A DNA stretch of 64,000 bases from Thermoplasmata archaeon. GTDB lineage: Archaea > Thermoplasmatota > Thermoplasmata > UBA10834. This document shows, piece by piece, positions 26,495 to 35,257 of this stretch. The notes under the pieces are model-generated. The model was not told the origin of the DNA and searched no databases. It saw only the letters and a program-made list of their open reading frames with translations. The translations under genes were made by a program, and so were the position numbers. The stretch covers positions 10,568 through 74,567 of the forward strand of contig JAWCKF010000006.1 in the NCBI GenBank assembly GCA_038852315.1, written 5' to 3'. Positions within the stretch are counted from its first letter, which is position 1; each line of letters begins with the position of its first letter.

Positions 26495-26692
26495 CGCGGG
26501 TCACCTTCGGGGACGTGAGGCGGTTGCCTCTTCCAAGCGCTGGAAGTGCATCCCTCACGCGTGCGTCACGCGCGTTATAAAATCGGGTTGTTAGTATAAA
26601 AGTTTATCTGGAGGCCGGCTGGGTGGCTGTTCGGTCACCGAGGAGTTCAGTTTCGACAAGGTTTTTCGCCATCGGAGGAGATTCGTCACAAC

Positions 26693-26968
26693 GTGAGGGT
26701 ACGGGCGCACGTCATCTTCGAAGGCCGTGTTCAGGGCGTGTTCTTCAGGGCGAACACGCAGCGCTGCGCTGAGAAGCTAGGCCTCACTGGCTGGGTGAGG
26801 AACACGTCCGACGGCAGGGTCGAGGCCGTGTTCGAGGGTGAGGAGGATGATGTGCGGGCGGCCATCGAGTGGTGCGCCACCAAGCAGCCCTATGCGAAGG
26901 TGACGGGGAAGCACGTCGAGTTCTCAGCAGCGACGGGCGAGTTCGAGACATTCTCGATAGTGCCGTGA
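26693..26968 (+). CDS. acyP: Acylphosphatase
   Basis: 91 aa. The motifs GRVQGVFFR and GWVRNTSDGRVE are the acylphosphatase signatures. It uses a GTG start. Confidence 0.85.
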   Translation: MRVRAHVIFEGRVQGVFFRANTQRCAEKLGLTGWVRNTSDGRVEAVFEGEEDDVRAAIEWCATKQPYAKVTGKHVEFSAATGEFETFSIVP

Positions 26969-26973
26969 GGGAG

Positions 26974-28200
26974 TCACTTCACCACGGCGATCGTTCCAAC
27001 CACAAGCCCTGCGACCGCGACGGAAAGAACCATGTCCATGCCCATGAGCAATATGATCAATGTCATTGCAACACCCAAGACTCTCCCGAGATTGAGCACG
27101 AACTCCCGCACGACCACACCCTTCCGCTTGAAGCGCTCCAGTTTGTCAAGCAACATCGTGAAGAGGAACGCAGGTATGACTGCCACCCAGAAGTATGCCG
27201 AGCTCATTGCGGCTAGGTAGGCCTCGACAGAACCGGCCATGGCAACAGCGAGCATCGAGACTGCGGTCATTAGGGCCCCGATTCTCAGGAACAGCGACCT
27301 GCGCATGATCCTGTCCGAGACGTAGCCGAGGACGACAGTCATGGCCGCTCCCCAGAGTGCGAAGAGCGAGAGGTACTGGCTGAGTGTGGATTCGGTGGCT
27401 GCGTACTCGAAGCTCAGGACAGGGACCGCCACCCAGAACACCCCGTCTGCGACACCATGTGCCAGGATCCCGTACATTATGCCCCTTCCAACACCAGTGA
27501 AGTCCAGCGCTGTAGGCTGTCTCCCGGTGATGCCTCTTGTCACTGATTGAAGGAGCTCGGGTATTATGATCCGCTCACGGAAGGTCCTGAGGACTCTGAA
27601 CCCTGAGATGAAGACCATAGCGCACAGGACGATGAATATCGAAGCCGAGAACACGGCGTCGTAGGAGGCCACCGTGATGATCGCGCCGCCCGCGAGCGGC
27701 CCGAGCGTCGCTATCAGGGGCCACACCAGGAAGTACAGTCCTATAGTCGCCCCCCTGGACTTCCGAGAGGACACGTGCATGATGAGTGCGTTGTATGGGA
27801 TCCAGAAGGTTACGATGTACGTCCCGAAGACGGTGGCCGGCACCAGGACCAGCAGCCATCCGCCGAACACGTCGAGGTCATCGAGTAGCATCAGAGAAAT
27901 GTAGTAGATCACGAGGCAGAACAATCCGGTGACTATCGAGGCGGAGAAGTTCTCCACTAGCTTCTTCGATGCGAACGCGATGAGGACGAGCGGGACCGCG
28001 CAGCATATGAGTATGAACGCTGTGCAGCCGATGTAGTCATGTCCTTCCCTTAGCAGGTAGATGAGGGCGAAGGTGTTCGATAGGGTGTTGGCTATAGCGA
28101 CCAACGACTGGAGCACGACCAGTGAGCCGTGCCTCCTGAACATCGAGCGCAGATACTCCCTGAAACTCAGGATTATCCTACCTCGGCCGCCTGACGCCAT
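26974..28200 (-). CDS. Multi-pass membrane transporter (MFS-like)
   Basis: 408 aa with about 12 hydrophobic segments. No specific substrate motif was recognised. Confidence 0.65.
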   Translation of the reverse strand: MASGGRGRIILSFREYLRSMFRRHGSLVVLQSLVAIANTLSNTFALIYLLREGHDYIGCTAFILICCAVPLVLIAFASKKLVENFSASIVTGLFCLVIYYISLMLLDDLDVFGGWLLVLVPATVFGTYIVTFWIPYNALIMHVSSRKSRGATIGLYFLVWPLIATLGPLAGGAIITVASYDAVFSASIFIVLCAMVFISGFRVLRTFRERIIIPELLQSVTRGITGRQPTALDFTGVGRGIMYGILAHGVADGVFWVAVPVLSFEYAATESTLSQYLSLFALWGAAMTVVLGYVSDRIMRRSLFLRIGALMTAVSMLAVAMAGSVEAYLAAMSSAYFWVAVIPAFLFTMLLDKLERFKRKGVVVREFVLNLGRVLGVAMTLIILLMGMDMVLSVAVAGLVVGTIAVVK

Positions 28201-28254
28201 AAGCTGCCCGAATAAGACACTTGCCTTCGTTGGGGTGCAGAGGTACTAGGCCAT

Positions 28255-29097
28255 TCAGGAGAACAGGTCACCATAGGTGAGCCTCGGATTGTCCTCGTGG
28301 ATCGTCCTTGCCTGCTCCTCCGACACCAGCCCCTCCTTCATGAGCGCGAACGTCCGCTTCGGCACGGTCGTGATGTTCAGGACCGCTCCCGGTTTAGACG
28401 GGTCATCCATGAAGTCCGTCTCCATGAGGAATCGCGTGCCCTTCGAGATCGCGGTCCTGGCTGCATCCCTTCCGACCAGCACCGAGGGCATCAGGCCGTG
28501 GTTCTCCTCCGGCAGCACAAGCGGCGGACAGAAATGCTTGACCACCCTGTGCGTCGGCAGTCCTGCGCTGCGCGCCATCTCCGCGAGCTCCCTCATGGAT
28601 GAGGGCGATGCACTCTCAGTGTGCAGCACGACGGCACAGCCAACCTCTCTTGCGAGCTTCATCGCATACAGCATGATCTCGTTCGACGCTGCCCACTCCT
28701 CGGGCGAAACCGGGAAGTGCGGTCGGCCCACCTCTCCTATGGCCAGGGCTTTCCCCTCGCGGACGTATCCTGCGGCCAAATCCATGGCCTCCATCATTAT
28801 CTCCTTCGCCCTTTGAAGGTCGTATGTCTTCTCGAGCTCGAGGAGATCCGCAGGGTAGGGTCCTACCGTCGCATATGCCCGTACGCCAGTCTCGGAGTTC
28901 ACCCTGTCCTTTATCGCGATAGTCATGTCGTATGTCTCCCTGAAGTCCCGCGCTGTTCGAACCGGCACGCCCTCGTACGGCATGCTCGAGATGATGATGT
29001 GGGTCCCGCCCTGTCTCTCGAAGTCTTTCACGGCCGCGACGTGCCTCCCCCTGACCGGGTCCAGGTGGACGTGGTTGTCCAGAATCGGGATGGGCAT
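28255..29097 (-). CDS. TatD-related metal-dependent hydrolase
   Basis: It shows ILDNHVHLDP at the N-terminus, then VVLHTES and ETDF motifs. The track start at 29205 is unlikely. MPIPILDNHVHL begins at 29097. Confidence 0.8.
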   Translation of the reverse strand: MPIPILDNHVHLDPVRGRHVAAVKDFERQGGTHIIISSMPYEGVPVRTARDFRETYDMTIAIKDRVNSETGVRAYATVGPYPADLLELEKTYDLQRAKEIMMEAMDLAAGYVREGKALAIGEVGRPHFPVSPEEWAASNEIMLYAMKLAREVGCAVVLHTESASPSSMRELAEMARSAGLPTHRVVKHFCPPLVLPEENHGLMPSVLVGRDAARTAISKGTRFLMETDFMDDPSKPGAVLNITTVPKRTFALMKEGLVSEEQARTIHEDNPRLTYGDLFS

Positions 29098-29117
29098 GGG
29101 AGGCGACCTGGCGCGTA

Positions 29118-29666
29118 CTACTTCAGCAGGCCCGCAGCCTTCAGCTCCTCGGTGATCTTGTCCACAGCGGCCTCGACGTCCTCGGGCTTCCTCGCGCCCG
29201 TGCATACGAGCTTCCCACTGCCGAACAGGAGCACGACGACTTTCGGCGAGTCGATTCTATAGACGAGCCCCGGGAACTGCTCGGGCTCGTACTCGACCTT
29301 CTCCAGCCCTAGGCTGATTGCTATGGCGTTGAGATTGATCTGCGAGCCGAGGTCGCTCGAGGCGACGATGTTCTGAACCTCGATCTTAGGCTCGACCTTG
29401 ATTGTGATGCCAGCAGCCTCTATCTGCTTCGCCACCTTGCCTATCGCCGTCTTGACCTGCTCGAGGCTCTTCGCACCGGTGCACACGACCTTCCCACTCC
29501 TGAAGAGCAGCGTCGCGGTCTTCGGCTCCTTGAGCCTGTATATCAATCCGGGGAACTGCTCGGGTTCGTATTCCGCACCATCGAGCGCGAGCGCAATCGC
29601 CTGCAGGTCTAGCTCCTCGCCAAGGGATGTAGAGGCGACGACATTCTCTATCTTGATGACTGCCAT
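29118..29666 (-). CDS. tbp: TATA-box binding protein
   Basis: It contains two direct repeats, each with YEPEQFPGL(I/V)YR...LLF.SGK.VCTGA. The ATG at 29666 (MAVIKIENVVAS) fits leaderless spacing from the TATA. Confidence 0.93.
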   Translation of the reverse strand: MAVIKIENVVASTSLGEELDLQAIALALDGAEYEPEQFPGLIYRLKEPKTATLLFRSGKVVCTGAKSLEQVKTAIGKVAKQIEAAGITIKVEPKIEVQNIVASSDLGSQINLNAIAISLGLEKVEYEPEQFPGLVYRIDSPKVVVLLFGSGKLVCTGARKPEDVEAAVDKITEELKAAGLLK

Positions 29667-29690
29667 TAAAAGCACCACCGGCGATAGCGG

Positions 29691-29710
29691 TATTTAAATG
29701 AGTATTTAAA
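29691..29710 (-). promoter_or_regulatory. Two tandem TATA boxes (GTATTTAAA x2, 12-nt spacing) upstream of tbp
   Basis: TATTTAAA occurs at 29691-29698 and at 29703-29710. The proximal box is centred about 28 nt from ATG 29666. The TTTAAA core is palindromic. Confidence 0.5.
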
Positions 29711-29961
29711 AAGATTTCTTGAAAAAGCGACATTTCCTGTGGAAACAGCCCGGGTTCCTGGCTTCCCTTCGTGTCGATATCAAGGGCCGCTCAGCGGGCG
29801 CGTTTCTGCAAAACCGCCCCTTTCCGACGATGTCTGGACTTCGGTTCGATGATTGTCGATGAGGTGTTGCTGGGCCTTTGGCGAGTTCAATTCTTGACGG
29901 ACGGTTCGGGCGCACGACCAGGCTAAATAGGCTGGCGTCGATTCGTCCCAGGGGGAGAGTT

Positions 29962-31158
29962 GTGTTATCGAGGTATTCCAAGACTGTTGTGGGCATTGTC
30001 ACCGCTACGCTCGCCCTTGCAACGCTGGCGTTCCCGTCTGCGGACGCCCGGCCGCAGGCCAAGTGGACCTTCGCGATATACATGTGCTCGGACAACGACC
30101 TCGACGAGTGGGCGGCACTGAACACGGAGTGGCTGATGTCTGCTGGGGACAGCAGGAGCGTCAACTTCATCGTGTTCTGGGATTCGTCGACCGGGCCGGC
30201 AATGCTGTATAAGATCGGCGAGGGAACAATGACGCCGCTGACGGGCTTCAAGTACAGCGGCGTCGAGGTCAACATGGGCGACCCGAGGGTGCTCGACGCT
30301 TTCGTCGACTACGTGACGTCCAAGTACAAGGCCGAGAACCTGCTTCTGGATCTCTGGGACCACGGTGACGACTTCAGGGGCATATGCTTCGATGAGGATA
30401 CTGGCACACGGGTCGATGAGGACTTCCTGACGCACCAGGAGATCGCAAAGGCGCTCGCGGGCGAGGACATCGACATCATCGCAGGTGACGGGTGCGGCAT
30501 AGGGGTGATAGAGGCGGCATACGAGTACGTCGTCGGTGGAGTGACGGCCGAGTGGTTCGTCGCGAACGAGAACTACGTGCCCCTCCAGGGCTTCCCGTAC
30601 GCCGCGATCGCAAAGGACCTGGTTGCGAACCCAGGCATGACGCCGGAGCAGCTCGCCGAGGACATCGTCGAGAGGTACGCAGCCATGTACCAGGGCGGAT
30701 GGCTCACCATGCTCTCCGCGATCAGGCTTTCCGAGATTCGCGCGATGGTGAGCGAGCTTTGGGACGTCACCTCAGGTCTCATCGACAAGATGGATGCATA
30801 CCGCGGGTTAGTCGCATCGGGAAGGGCGCACGCGACCATGGGCTGGTCACAGTACGGCTGGGAGGCCTTCGTGGACCTCCCCAAGGTCTTCGAGACGATA
30901 TACGAGGGCCTTCCCGAAGGCTGCGAGCTGAAGGTGCAGACGGCAGAGCTTATGGCTGCGATAGCCAAAGCCGTTCCCTACATCGGCGCTGGTTCGCCAG
31001 GCTATGTCTGGGACTTCGGAGGCATCGCGGTGTTCTTCCCGGGCGCCGAGGGCTCCTACAACCACAACACTTGGTGGCGGGGCTCCGACTACCCAAGCAT
31101 GAGCTTCGCTCAGGACGGTTGGCTCGACTTCTTGAATGCGTACTTCGGCGGAAAGTGA
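29962..31158 (+). CDS. Secreted clostripain-like cysteine peptidase (family C11)
   Basis: Motifs WTFAIYMCSDNDL, NFIVFWD, LLLDLWDHGDD (catalytic His context) and IIAGDGCGIG (Cys context) are present. The track start is 29878. GTG at 29962 follows GGGGGAGAG and yields the signal peptide MLSRYSKTVVGIVTATLALATLAFPSADA. Confidence 0.78.
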   Translation: MLSRYSKTVVGIVTATLALATLAFPSADARPQAKWTFAIYMCSDNDLDEWAALNTEWLMSAGDSRSVNFIVFWDSSTGPAMLYKIGEGTMTPLTGFKYSGVEVNMGDPRVLDAFVDYVTSKYKAENLLLDLWDHGDDFRGICFDEDTGTRVDEDFLTHQEIAKALAGEDIDIIAGDGCGIGVIEAAYEYVVGGVTAEWFVANENYVPLQGFPYAAIAKDLVANPGMTPEQLAEDIVERYAAMYQGGWLTMLSAIRLSEIRAMVSELWDVTSGLIDKMDAYRGLVASGRAHATMGWSQYGWEAFVDLPKVFETIYEGLPEGCELKVQTAELMAAIAKAVPYIGAGSPGYVWDFGGIAVFFPGAEGSYNHNTWWRGSDYPSMSFAQDGWLDFLNAYFGGK

Positions 31159-31256
31159 GAGACCCCCAAACCCTTTCATGATGCTTTCCTTCTAAGAACA
31201 TCGAAGGCGATGGGTTGTTGCGTTTTCTTGCGTCCCCCTCGCTCACGGGGGAACAG

Positions 31257-31309
31257 ATAATATAGCTGAATCAAGGTTAGTGTAAGGTTCGAGTCAGTGC
31301 ATGACTCGA
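31257..31309 (+). promoter_or_regulatory. TATA-like box (ATAATATA 31257-31264) plus 8-bp-arm inverted repeat (31289-31309) ahead of the M6 peptidase gene
   Basis: The inverted repeat TCGAGTCA-gtgca-TGACTCGA sits at or just after the predicted transcription start. Confidence 0.35.
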
Positions 31310-31366
31310 GTGTCCTCCTGATCCGGGACGGTGACGGAGGGAGAAGTGAGGGGAGGAAGAAGACAC

Positions 31367-33736
31367 ATGAGTGAAGCAACGACTGAGTCGAAGGGCTCTC
31401 GCAGGAAAGTCCTGCTGGCGCTCTTCGTCGTGACTCTGCTGGTCGCAACCGCCTTCTCGGTCACAGCACTCGTCACACAGCGCTCACGCGCAGAGCAGCT
31501 GTCCGAGATACCGTTGTATTGGCAGAGGTATGTGAACGGCGCGATAGAGAGGGGAGATATCCCGAAAGACGCGTCCCCAGCGCAGGTGAAGGATTGGCTT
31601 GCTGAGAGGATACCCAATTTCAGCGACAAGGTCAAGAACAGCTACGTCAACCCTTTCGCCGCGAAGAGGGTTGCGGAGGCGGAGGCCGCTGCAGCATCGG
31701 GAGTGGTGGAGCCGCCTGCGGTGACGGGAACGGGCAAGATACTCGTCATACTGGTGGAGTTCGCCGGGACTGACACCTACAGGAGCGAGACGTTCACAGG
31801 TCCGCTCCACAACCAGATACCGCAGCCGGCGCCGGAGAACAACGTCGACTACTGGGCTCCTGACTTCAGCACTGAGCACTTCGAGAAGCTCCTTTTCGGC
31901 TCCGAGGGACTCACACTGAAGAAGTACTACGAGGAGCAGTCCAACGGCATGTTCACGGTCGACGGGTATGTGTCTGCCTGGGTGCAGATCAAGGACCACT
32001 CGGAGTGGTGGTACGGCGCTGACAGCCGGACGGGTGGCGAGGGCTCCGACGACCTCAACGGACCTGTATGGAGGCTCGCAGCCGACGCGGCCCAGGCGGC
32101 CTACGATGCATACGGCGAATCGATCCCGTGGGCCGACTTCGACGCGGACGGCGACGGGTGGATCGACAGCCTGATGGTGGTGAACGCCGGCGTCGACCAG
32201 TCCGCCGGAGGCCCCTCGTGGGCGGTGTGGGCACACAGCTGGTTCGTCAACTGGCCGTACGGCTACACTCTCCCGAACGGCATCAAGATAGGCTCATACA
32301 CGACCGAACCTGAGAACGAGGCTGTGGGCGTCTACGCCCACGAGTACGGGCACCAGCTCGGACTGCCGGATGAGTACGACGTGACCTACCTCGGCGAGTC
32401 GCCAGTCGGGTTCCTGAGCCTCATGGCGAGCGGTTCATGGGGTCCGGGCATGACGCCTGACGGAAGGATGGCACTCGGCGTGTCGCCGGCGCACATCGAC
32501 GTCTGGGGCAAGTACGTGCTCGGCTGGGAGAACGGCGCCACAGTCTACATAGACTACAGCTCCCAGAAGCCTGTGAGCAAGACGATCAAGCTCTCTCAGG
32601 TCGAGGGCGGAGGCAAGACGCGCGCCGTGAAGGTCGAACTGCCCAGGCAGGCCGTCGCGCTCCCGCTGCCGAAGCCGAAGACCGGGGAATATCAGCTCTA
32701 TTCCGGCTACAAGCCCGACGTGACGGACGTGATGGCCCCGGTCGAGACATCGACATACGACCTCGTGACCGCGAAGGCCATACCGATTCCCGCCTCGGGC
32801 GCCACGCTCAGCTTCTACGAGTGGTACGAGATCGAGAGCTACTATGACTGGGCCTCAGTGTGGGCGTCCGGCGATGGCGGCGTCACTTGGACGACGCTCC
32901 CAGGCAGGACCACGACGACGGCCGACCCGTTCGGTGGCAACCCGGGGTACGGGATCACTGGCTCGAGTAAGCGGTATGTGCTCGAGTCGATGGACCTGAG
33001 CGCATATGCTGGCAAGAGCGTCCTGCTGAGGTTCAGGCTGCAGCAGGACGGCGCGGTGTACGGCCTCGGCTGGACGCTTGACGACATAGTGGTCAAGGAC
33101 GGAACGGGCGCCGTGCTCTTCCAGGACCTGGTCTCGCCGGAGTCGGCCTCGAACTGGGTGTTCGTCTCGAGCGACGACATGGGCCCGGGCTGGAGCATCG
33201 CCAGTGCCACCACGGGCGGCAGCTTCAGGCACTACTACATAGCCGAGTGGAGGAACTTCGTAGGGTTCGATGCAACGCTCGCAACGAGCTACCAGTTCGT
33301 AGGGCTGTACGTCCAGTTCTGGTCGCACACGCCTGGTCTGCTGGTCTGGTACCGCAACTTCGCAGTCGGAGACAACAGCGTCGGCCTCCACCCGGGCAAG
33401 GTGGCGATAGGCGTCGTGGACGCCCATCCCGAGCCGCTGCTGATGGCGAACAACCACTACGTTCGCCAGAGGATTCAGCTGATGGACGCGGCGTTCGGGC
33501 TGAGGCCGACGATAGGCAACACGATAACCCTCCTGGGCGTGCCGACGACGTTCGGCCCGCTGCCCGCTGTCCCGACCTTCGATGACTCTAGGGCGTACTT
33601 CTACTCCCAGTTCTACAAGGGAGTGTACGAGTACACCGGGCTGAAGATCACCAGTTACGGTGTCAAGATAGGCGTCCTGAGCGAGAGGCCTGGGCTGACA
33701 GGAGCGACGATCGCCGTGAGCGCCGCCCCGATGTGA
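31367..33736 (+). CDS. Secreted M6-family (immune inhibitor A-like) metallopeptidase
   Basis: The zinc motif is VYAHEYGHQLGLPDEYD. An N-terminal anchor/signal (RRKVLLALFVVTLLVATAFSV) is present. The ATG at 31367 follows GGAGG. Confidence 0.82.
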   Translation: MSEATTESKGSRRKVLLALFVVTLLVATAFSVTALVTQRSRAEQLSEIPLYWQRYVNGAIERGDIPKDASPAQVKDWLAERIPNFSDKVKNSYVNPFAAKRVAEAEAAAASGVVEPPAVTGTGKILVILVEFAGTDTYRSETFTGPLHNQIPQPAPENNVDYWAPDFSTEHFEKLLFGSEGLTLKKYYEEQSNGMFTVDGYVSAWVQIKDHSEWWYGADSRTGGEGSDDLNGPVWRLAADAAQAAYDAYGESIPWADFDADGDGWIDSLMVVNAGVDQSAGGPSWAVWAHSWFVNWPYGYTLPNGIKIGSYTTEPENEAVGVYAHEYGHQLGLPDEYDVTYLGESPVGFLSLMASGSWGPGMTPDGRMALGVSPAHIDVWGKYVLGWENGATVYIDYSSQKPVSKTIKLSQVEGGGKTRAVKVELPRQAVALPLPKPKTGEYQLYSGYKPDVTDVMAPVETSTYDLVTAKAIPIPASGATLSFYEWYEIESYYDWASVWASGDGGVTWTTLPGRTTTTADPFGGNPGYGITGSSKRYVLESMDLSAYAGKSVLLRFRLQQDGAVYGLGWTLDDIVVKDGTGAVLFQDLVSPESASNWVFVSSDDMGPGWSIASATTGGSFRHYYIAEWRNFVGFDATLATSYQFVGLYVQFWSHTPGLLVWYRNFAVGDNSVGLHPGKVAIGVVDAHPEPLLMANNHYVRQRIQLMDAAFGLRPTIGNTITLLGVPTTFGPLPAVPTFDDSRAYFYSQFYKGVYEYTGLKITSYGVKIGVLSERPGLTGATIAVSAAPM

Positions 33737-33921
33737 GCGACTGCCAGAAACCCTCTATTCAAACCCATTAACCTCGATTCTTTCCATCTCCGCTTGACAT
33801 CATGTTCTAATCATCCCCGCATCCTACTCCGCGCACGACATGTATTAAGTCCTGGTACGACGCTAACGCCGTCCGCAGTCGGGCATCGGGGATGGTCACA
33901 TCGGCGCGTGGCATCCGGGGA

Positions 33922-34038
33922 TCAGCCAGGCCCGCAGCCGTCGGGCTGTGGCTCGTTCAGCAGTAGCATCAACGGGCACGCCTCCTCGTGGCGCACGCAG
34001 AAGGTCTGCCACCATTGCCGGTAGGAGGTCGCACTCAT
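33922..34038 (-). CDS. Possible 38-aa Cys-containing micro-protein (weak)
   Basis: This is the C-terminal, in-frame part of track ORF 33922..34383: MSATSYRQWWQTFCVRHEEACPLMLLLNEPQPDGCGPG. Third positions are strongly GC-rich. Its ATG (34038) overlaps the divergent ATG at 34037 within the sequence TCATGG. Confidence 0.25.
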   Translation of the reverse strand: MSATSYRQWWQTFCVRHEEACPLMLLLNEPQPDGCGPG

Positions 34039-34456
34039 GGAGGCATCCGGGGTTTTCCTCCCACTCGACGCCCCTCTTCTGGAAGGCGTGTTCGAGATGA
34101 CATGCATCGAGTCGCTTCTGAAGAACATCTGTCCCGAGATCGAGGCCCGCGTGAAGCCCAGCCTCAAGGGCCTCGCGGGCTTCCTCCTGCAGGGCTGTCT
34201 GCCGCAGGTCTGGAGGTTCGAGACTGAGAAGGACAGGGTCACGCTCGTGGTGGATTCCAATGGCAACGCCTTCGTCACCCTGTCAATCCCGTCCCAGGTC
34301 GATGTGACAGTGAGATGGAAGCACGACCTGCTCGCGACCGCGCTGCGCACGAGGAGCAAGCAGCTCATACCGGAGAACGACAAACCCGATGTGATCCTTC
34401 ACACGGCCAAGGGGAGGTCCGCATACGGTTACATAAGGCAGCAGCTCGGGATTTGA
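34037..34456 (+). CDS. Hypothetical protein (possibly SCP2-like fold)
   Basis: 139 aa with good GC3 bias. The competing antisense ORF is Ser/Arg-rich junk. No motif was recognised with confidence. Confidence 0.5.
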   Translation: MEASGVFLPLDAPLLEGVFEMTCIESLLKNICPEIEARVKPSLKGLAGFLLQGCLPQVWRFETEKDRVTLVVDSNGNAFVTLSIPSQVDVTVRWKHDLLATALRTRSKQLIPENDKPDVILHTAKGRSAYGYIRQQLGI

Positions 34457-34762
34457 CCGCCAGGAGGTGCCGCGAGCTCTCACAGCCTTCCGAGTTGTGA
34501 TAAACCGATGCGGCCGAGCTCATGTCCGCCCTGCGCCAAAGCCGATGAGGGGAGCGACACGCATCACAGACTCTCTCGAAGTGTTGCAGGGATCAGGACT
34601 TGTGCCATCGCCGAGAGGGTCGAGGACGCAGTCGCTCCGCGTACCTTCGGCACGAAGGCCAGGCCATCGCGGTCTTTCTGAGGAGTGAGTTGCAACGGTA
34701 GACGGCCGAACCTGTGCGTAGGCATCCACGACTTGCCCTCCAATGGGCGCGTTCGCCGTTTT

Positions 34763-34825
34763 GAAAAGGTATTTATATCGGATAGTTCATACTGACAATT
34801 GTCTGACGAATCCTGCGATATCGTC
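34763..34825 (+). promoter_or_regulatory. Promoter (BRE-like GAAAAGG plus TATA TATTTATAT at 34770-34778) and two palindromes upstream of the RHH gene
   Basis: GACAATTGTC (34794-34803) sits at the predicted transcription start. CGATATCG (34816-34823) lies within GACGA...TCGTC. Confidence 0.45.
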
Positions 34826-34845
34826 GGACACAAGAGGGCGGCCAG

Positions 34846-35163
34846 ATGGTCGAGTCGGAGCGCGTGACGATAAGGTTGCCTAACGAGAGGATTCAGGCAC
34901 TCCAGGCTCTCGTCGACCAGGGCAAGTTCTCGACGATATCCGATGCGATAAGGGCCGCGATAGACAAGTTCGTCGAGGGCGAGTTCACGCCCGACTACAT
35001 AGAGAAGATCACAGTCGAGCTTCCGAAGGGCAACGTCGTGAATCTCAAGCAGCTCGTCCAGGACGGGGACTCGGTCTCCGTGGACGACGCTATCAGGAAC
35101 GCCGTGCGGGAGTACATCCGCAGGCGCGTATCGAAGTCCATCGAGGAGATGGACAGCAGGTGA
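34846..35163 (+). CDS. Ribbon-helix-helix (CopG-like) protein with two RHH modules; CdrS-like, upstream of ftsZ2
   Basis: 105 aa. RHH-1 is RVTIRLPNERIQALQALVDQGKFSTISDAIRAAIDKFV. RHH-2 is KITVELPKGNVVNLKQLVQDGDSVSVDDAIRNAVREYI. Confidence 0.8.
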   Translation: MVESERVTIRLPNERIQALQALVDQGKFSTISDAIRAAIDKFVEGEFTPDYIEKITVELPKGNVVNLKQLVQDGDSVSVDDAIRNAVREYIRRRVSKSIEEMDSR

Positions 35164-35257
35164 CGCTCAAGCACACTGATGTCGCGCGGGATGGGCACAC
35201 ATGGTCGCACACGCATACGCACACGAGCTTCAGCTCTCGACGCAGGAGGTCTAGAGG

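Noticed and set aside
24170-26594. 375-aa and 389-aa plus-strand ORFs (24170..25297, 25425..26594), plus other frames over the ftsZ pair
   Set aside because: They are shadow frames of the two FtsZ genes. Their parallel occurrence simply reflects the duplication.
35185-35240. CA-rich low-complexity run (cacacatgg..cgcacacgcatacgcacacgag) between the RHH gene and ftsZ2
   Set aside because: It is too short and irregular to call a microsatellite or regulatory element. It may just be spacer before the GGAGG of ftsZ2.
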